Source: a bacterium (lineage in GTDB: Bacteria; UBA8248; JACPRG01; G963555815). Taken from it: 64,000 nt of DNA. Below are positions 59,322 to 64,000 of the stretch, piece by piece; positions within the stretch are counted from its first letter, which is position 1, and each line of letters opens with the position of its first letter. The notes beneath the pieces are model-generated. The model was not told where the DNA came from, did no database searches, and was given only the letters and a program-made list of their open reading frames with translations. Where the stretch lies: NCBI GenBank assembly GCA_965218795.1, contig OZ244653.1, positions 384,001-448,000 of the forward strand, given 5' to 3'. The translations under genes and the position numbers were made by a program.

Positions 59322-60761
59322 GTGGAGACTGGGTTGGATCTCATCATTGAGAACGGAACCATCGTAACCCCGTCGGAGCTCCATCAGGCCGATATCGGGA
59401 TTGCGGGGGAAACCATCATCCGGATCGAACGGGGACTCGGCGAGGCGGCCCGGCGCGAATTGCCGAATATCGAGATTTATGACGCGCGAGGCAAATACAT
59501 CTTCCCCGGAGCCATTGATGTCCACACGCATTTCGAGATGCCGCTCCCGACCACCCGGGTCTGCGACGACTTCGCGTCCGGAACCATCGCTGCCGCCTGC
59601 GGCGGAGTGACCTCAATCATCGATTTCGCCAACCAGGTGAAGGGAGAGAGTCTGGCGAAGACCTTCGACGACTGGCAGGAGCGGGCGCACGGCAAGGCCG
59701 TCGTGGATTACGGTTTTCACATGACGATCACCGACGCCCGGCCCGAGGTGTTGGATGAAATCCCCTGGGTCCGCGATCAGGGGATCTCCAGCCTGAAGGT
59801 GCTCATGGCTTATAAGGGCACCATCATGCAGGATGACGCCTCGATCTACCGGATCCTCCGCCGGGCCGCGCAGGAGGAACTTCTCGTTCTGGTCCATTGC
59901 GAGAACGGCGACGTTATCGACGCCCGGCAAAAGGAGTTCGTTGCGGAAGGAAGGCTCTCCCCCGTCTGGCACCCGCGCAGCCGCCCACCCATTCTGGAAG
60001 GGGAAGCCACCGGCCGGATGATCGACATCGCAACAATGGTCGGTGCGCCGATATATGTCGTCCATCTCACGTGCCGGGACGCGCTGGAGCGCGTTCAAGC
60101 GGCCCGTATTCGCGGGTTGCCGGTTTTCGCGGAGACCTGCCCTCAGTATCTCGTCCTCGACGAGTCCATGATTGATTCGCCGGATTTCGAGGGGGCCAAA
60201 TTCATTTGCTCGCCGCCCCTTCGTCCTCAATCCCATCAGCGGTTCCTGTGGATCGGTCTTGGCAGCGGTATCCTCTCTGTCGTGGGGTCGGACCATGCGC
60301 CGTTCAACTTCAAGGGTCAGAAAGATCTGGGACGGGAAAACTTCCTCTTGATCCCCAACGGGCTCCCGAGCTCGGAAACGATCATCCCCATTTTGTATTC
60401 GGAGGGTGTGCGAAAGGAGAGAATTTCCATCCATCAGATGGCCGCGCTCACGAGCACGAATCCCGCCATGCTTTTCGGGCTGTTCCCGAAAAAGGGTTCG
60501 GTGGCCGTCGGGAGCGATGCAGACCTCTTGATTCTCGAACCGGAGAAAAAGATGGTCCTTGGGCGGGAGACCCTGCACCACAGGGTGGATTACAGTCCGT
60601 TCGAGGGGATCGAGGTGCAAGGCGTTCCCGTCACAACGCTCTCGCGGGGAACCTTCCTCTACCGCGACGGGGAGGTGACGGCCCCGGCGGGGCATGGTCG
60701 GTTTCTGGTCCGTCAACGGAGCGCGGCTTTCGTAGGACAATCGGCGCGTGCGGATGGATAA
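59322..60761 (+). CDS. hydA: dihydropyrimidinase / D-hydantoinase
   Basis: PGAIDVHTH, GGVTSIIDF, LKVLMAYK, VHCENG, SPPLR, GSDHAPF. Confidence 0.92.
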   Translation: METGLDLIIENGTIVTPSELHQADIGIAGETIIRIERGLGEAARRELPNIEIYDARGKYIFPGAIDVHTHFEMPLPTTRVCDDFASGTIAAACGGVTSIIDFANQVKGESLAKTFDDWQERAHGKAVVDYGFHMTITDARPEVLDEIPWVRDQGISSLKVLMAYKGTIMQDDASIYRILRRAAQEELLVLVHCENGDVIDARQKEFVAEGRLSPVWHPRSRPPILEGEATGRMIDIATMVGAPIYVVHLTCRDALERVQAARIRGLPVFAETCPQYLVLDESMIDSPDFEGAKFICSPPLRPQSHQRFLWIGLGSGILSVVGSDHAPFNFKGQKDLGRENFLLIPNGLPSSETIIPILYSEGVRKERISIHQMAALTSTNPAMLFGLFPKKGSVAVGSDADLLILEPEKKMVLGRETLHHRVDYSPFEGIEVQGVPVTTLSRGTFLYRDGEVTAPAGHGRFLVRQRSAAFVGQSARADG

Positions 60762-61470
60762 AGGAGGGGACCGGGCCCCTCCGCCGGATTCCCTCCTGGT
60801 CGTTATGGCAAAAGCCCCGCGGGCGGGTGAAGTCAAAACCCGGCTGATCCCCCCGTTGACCCCTGAGGAGGCAGCAGCGTTCCATAGCGCTTGTCTGATG
60901 GACACCCTGGAGAAGGTCAAGGGCCTTTCGGGGATTGTCCCGGCCCTGGCCTATACGCCGGATGATGCGAAAGCCGAATTTCTGGAGCTTTGGCCCGGCG
61001 AACTTCTCCGCTTTTCGCAATCCGGACGGGGTTTGGGCGAGCGAATGTTGAACTGCCTCCGACGCGGTTTCGCCGATGGATTCCGGTTTGTCGCGGTTCA
61101 CGGGACCGATATCCCTCACGCCCCGCCCCGGGAATTGTTGCGGGGTTTTGAGGAGCTTCGGACCGATCGAGCGGATCTGGTCCTGGGCCCGACACTGGAT
61201 GGAGGTTATTACTACCTTGCAGCGTCGGGTGAGCACGCAGAGCTTTTTCGGGAAATTCGATGGGGCACCCGGGAGGTGTACGAAAAGACCTTGAAGCGTG
61301 CGGACAGCCTTGGCTTACGGATCGGCGCCATTGCCCCGGTCCGTGACCTGGACACGCCGGAAGACCTCGAGTCCGTTCATATGGAATTGATCCGGCCCGG
61401 CCCACCGGATCCGGATTGGTGGTCGGCGAGTCGGACGAGATGGTTCCTGACGGAACAATGGAACGCGTAG
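60754..61470 (+). CDS. DUF2064 / TIGR04282-type glycosyltransferase-like protein
   Basis: MAKAP..GEVKTRL, Q...GLGERM, GTDIP, LGPTLDGGYY, DLDTPEDL. Confidence 0.88.
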   Translation: MDKGGDRAPPPDSLLVVMAKAPRAGEVKTRLIPPLTPEEAAAFHSACLMDTLEKVKGLSGIVPALAYTPDDAKAEFLELWPGELLRFSQSGRGLGERMLNCLRRGFADGFRFVAVHGTDIPHAPPRELLRGFEELRTDRADLVLGPTLDGGYYYLAASGEHAELFREIRWGTREVYEKTLKRADSLGLRIGAIAPVRDLDTPEDLESVHMELIRPGPPDPDWWSASRTRWFLTEQWNA

Positions 61471-61536
61471 ATCACCGTGGCACCTGGAAACTGATTTCTT
61501 TATCATGAATCTGGGCGGACGTAGAATGGCGGAGGC

Positions 61537-61947
61537 ATGACGGACGAATCCAGGATCCGTGTTCTGGTCGCCAAACCCGGACTGGACGGTCATGACCGGG
61601 GGGCCAAGGTGGTTGCGCACGCCCTGCGCGATGCCGGCATGGAGGTGATCTACACCGGCATCCGTCAGACGCCGGAACAAATCGCACAGGCGGCCCTTCA
61701 GGAAGATGTTGACGCAGTTGGGTTGAGTTCCCTTTCCGGCGCGCACGCCACGCTGTTCCCGCGCGTGATTGCCTGCCTGCGGGAAAAGGGATTGAAGGAC
61801 GTCGTGGTGTTCGGTGGCGGAATCATCCCCCCCAAAGATGCCGAAAAATTGAAGAATCAGGGGATGCACGCCCTCTTCGGCCCCGGTACGAGTCTGCAGG
61901 AGATCGTCGGTTTCCTTCGCAAGACGGTGAAACCTCGAACGAGCTGA
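61537..61947 (+). CDS. cobalamin-binding subunit of methylmalonyl-CoA mutase family
   Basis: [25 protein letters not shown]. Confidence 0.93.
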   Translation: MTDESRIRVLVAKPGLDGHDRGAKVVAHALRDAGMEVIYTGIRQTPEQIAQAALQEDVDAVGLSSLSGAHATLFPRVIACLREKGLKDVVVFGGGIIPPKDAEKLKNQGMHALFGPGTSLQEIVGFLRKTVKPRTS

Positions 61948-62007
61948 GCAAAGGCGAATTCTTGATCCAGCAATCGATTTCAGCATCGATGGGTGGGAGC
62001 GTGACGG

Positions 62008-62844
62008 TTGCTTCTTGACATCCTGACAGAAGAAGAATTGGAGCGCCGGGCGGGACTGAAACAGGAAGAGATCCCCTCGCCCATCAAGGAAAAAGAGGAA
62101 AGCGGCTTGACCGAGGTGAACCGCTGGAAGACCGCCTTGATGTTCGGTTCGGGCGGGTTGCTGCTGATGGTGTGGTTCTGGTGGTCGATCGTCGAGCCCC
62201 GTCTCCACTGGTTCGCGCCCAAGCCATCGCCTGAATCGCTGGCGGCGCTGTCCAAACAGGGGCCGGGCGACGACTCCTCCTTCCTGCATGCCGACGAGAA
62301 CCTCGTGAAATCAGTTCAGAACCGGTTGAACAAACTTGGATTTCGGGCCGGGAGAGTCGATGGTGTGGTGGGGCCCCGAACCATGGAGGCCGTCGATCGA
62401 TTTCAGCTGAGTCAGGGCATTCCGGTCACGGGAGTCATCGACCGAAAGACCAAGGCGGCCTTGGACGCAATCGAGATGCCCAAGGGTGAGTCGAATCCCT
62501 ACATGATTGCCCGGGCCCGAAGAGAAAAGGCCAAGAACGGTGTGCGGTTCATCGTAGATTTGTCCATGGATCCGGCCCTCGGCCGAAAGGATGTGGAGAG
62601 ATACATCCGGCGGGTGACGGTCCGGTTTGCGAAATCCAATCCCGATGTGAATCGATTTCACGTGCGGGGTTACCTGGGAATCGCCTCTCTCTCCGCGGGC
62701 GCCTACGCCATCGCCGACTGGAGCCGGAAGGGCAAAAACGTCTCGAAGCTGGAAGGGATTACGGTTCGCTTTCAGGAATGGACCCGGAAGGATGTCGAGA
62801 TCGAGCTGCCCCCCGAGAAAAGCAAAGACTCTGGCGGAAGTTAG
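62008..62844 (+). CDS. membrane-anchored peptidoglycan-binding domain protein
   Basis: One TM helix; VQNRLNKLGF..G.VDGVVGPRT..AV..FQ...G.PVTG. Confidence 0.8.
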   Translation: MLLDILTEEELERRAGLKQEEIPSPIKEKEESGLTEVNRWKTALMFGSGGLLLMVWFWWSIVEPRLHWFAPKPSPESLAALSKQGPGDDSSFLHADENLVKSVQNRLNKLGFRAGRVDGVVGPRTMEAVDRFQLSQGIPVTGVIDRKTKAALDAIEMPKGESNPYMIARARREKAKNGVRFIVDLSMDPALGRKDVERYIRRVTVRFAKSNPDVNRFHVRGYLGIASLSAGAYAIADWSRKGKNVSKLEGITVRFQEWTRKDVEIELPPEKSKDSGGS

Positions 62845-62884
62845 TCCGGAAGGCCATCCCTCTCCTCGATCCTGAGCTGAACCC

Positions 62885-63745
62885 TTGACGAACATTGGAC
62901 ACTCATCGGGACCCGGCTTGGTGAATCCGGTAGGTTACGTTCACTTGCTGAGGATCGGCATCATCGGACTCGGGGCCATTGGCCGGGCCATCTGCCGCGC
63001 GGTGGATTCGAGCGATCTGCGTCTGCGGGTTGCGGCCGTGACCAGCCGTGATCGGACGAAGGCCGAAGATTTCCTCAAATCGCTGAAGGCGCCCCCTCCC
63101 TGGACCTCATTGGATGAGCTGATCGGAGCGTCGGACTTAATCGTTGAGGCGGCGGGGGGGCAGGTTGTTTCCTCCCTTGCCGAAACCGTCTTCGATGCTG
63201 GCAAAGACCTTTTGGTCATCAGTGTCGGCGCGCTGCTCCAGCGATTGGATTTGGTGGAACGGGCAAGGCGGGAAGGCCACCGGTTATATATCCCTACCGG
63301 CGCCATCGTCGGACTCGATGGCGTCAAGTCGGCCATGGCGGGCCGTGTGGACCGGGTGGTCATGACCACCCGAAAGCCGCCCCGGGGTCTCGCCGGGGCC
63401 CCCTACCTCGTGGACAATGGAATCTCCGTGGAGGGTCTGACAGAATCCAAGGTGGTATTCGAGGGGAACGCCCTCGAGGCGGCAAAGGGGTTTCCTGAAA
63501 ATGTCAATGTATGCGCGGGGTTGAGCCTTGCGGGCGCAGGTCCGGAGAAAACGCAAATGCGGATCGTTGCCGATCCCTCGCTGGACCGGAACATGCACCG
63601 GTTCGAGGTGGAAGGGGAGGCCGGCCGCTTTGAAATCCAGATTGAAAACATCCCCACGGAGAATCCAAAAACGGGCAAACTGACGGCCATGTCGATCCTG
63701 GCCACGCTCAAGGCCATTATTGCTCCACTCTCTGTGGGAACCTGA
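62885..63745 (+). CDS. nadX: L-aspartate dehydrogenase (start may be 62945)
   Basis: GLGAIG, VEAA, SVGAL, GAIVGLD, FPENVNV, NPKT. Confidence 0.88.
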   Translation: MTNIGHSSGPGLVNPVGYVHLLRIGIIGLGAIGRAICRAVDSSDLRLRVAAVTSRDRTKAEDFLKSLKAPPPWTSLDELIGASDLIVEAAGGQVVSSLAETVFDAGKDLLVISVGALLQRLDLVERARREGHRLYIPTGAIVGLDGVKSAMAGRVDRVVMTTRKPPRGLAGAPYLVDNGISVEGLTESKVVFEGNALEAAKGFPENVNVCAGLSLAGAGPEKTQMRIVADPSLDRNMHRFEVEGEAGRFEIQIENIPTENPKTGKLTAMSILATLKAIIAPLSVGT

Positions 63746-63816
63746 TCGCCGGCTTGTTTTCCGGAAGTCGAATTTTGCTGAAGAAGGCCCGGGACTTCCA
63801 GCGCCATTGAGGGTTC

Positions 63817-64000
63817 ATGAATCATTCAGGGTTGATCGTCGCCATTCTCGAACGAGCGGGCGTCCGTCACGCATTCGGCGTTCCCAGCGGGCCGACCCTC
63901 CCAATCATGGAGGCCCTTCGGCATAGCCCGCTGGAGTACGTCCTCGTGGCCCACGAGGCGGCCGCGGGCTTCATGGCCGATGCGACGGGGAGGCTGACGG
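63817..64000 (+). CDS. thiamine-pyrophosphate-binding enzyme (acetolactate synthase-like), truncated by window end
   Basis: Not in ORF track; translates MNHSGLIVAILERAGVRHAFGVPSG...VAHEAAAGFMADATGRLT. Confidence 0.85.
   Translation, partial: MNHSGLIVAILERAGVRHAFGVPSGPTLPIMEALRHSPLEYVLVAHEAAAGFMADATGRLT

Noticed and set aside
1-64000. Genome-wide reassignment of TGA to Trp or Gly
   Set aside because: Many conserved genes (glgA, ugd, radC, purC, purL) end at TGA at their expected C-termini; read-through appears site-specific.
1-64000. CRISPR arrays, rRNA, transposases, prophage genes
   Set aside because: None seen by inspection of the sequence or ORF translations.

Overview
GC-rich bacterial chromosome segment with a Deltaproteobacteria/Nitrospinae-like gene order (taxonomy is an inference). 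Bases 1-4.3 kb hold tRNA-Gly(GCC), an atypical tRNA-like gene (GCT anticodon, short variable loop, U73) and a decayed regulatory/stress island (Fis-HTH remnant, frameshifted Crp/Fnr, USPs). Bases 4.4-41 kb are mostly housekeeping: glgA, galT-like, plsY, pgsA, a group-2 sigma factor, bamD, aroQ, atpZIBE-rex-tsaB, a nested double ilvBN, psd-pssA, lptD, rml/ugd/uxs, radC, gmhA-hldE and purBCSQL-F. Bases 41-64 kb are accessory: a diheme cytochrome c, two ZIP transporters, an ABC transporter plus amidohydrolase, GntR with a 4-hydroxybenzoyl-CoA-reductase-type Mo enzyme, three tandem MetE-II-family Zn enzymes, dihydropyrimidinase, a DUF2064 transferase, a B12-binding subunit and nadX. Main hidden signal: the ORF track splits or truncates genes at in-frame TGA codons that look like selenocysteine. 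Two are strong: an exported peroxiredoxin-like protein (UxxC, TGA 48184) and a DsbA/FrnE-like protein (UPWA, TGA 58336), each followed by a SECIS-like hairpin whose loop starts 20 nt after the TGA. A third, weaker candidate lies in a cupin (TGA 39243). The two strong selenoprotein candidates bracket the Mo-enzyme/triple-MetE block, which may be an undescribed catabolic/redox system. All family calls come from motif recognition; no database searches were run.
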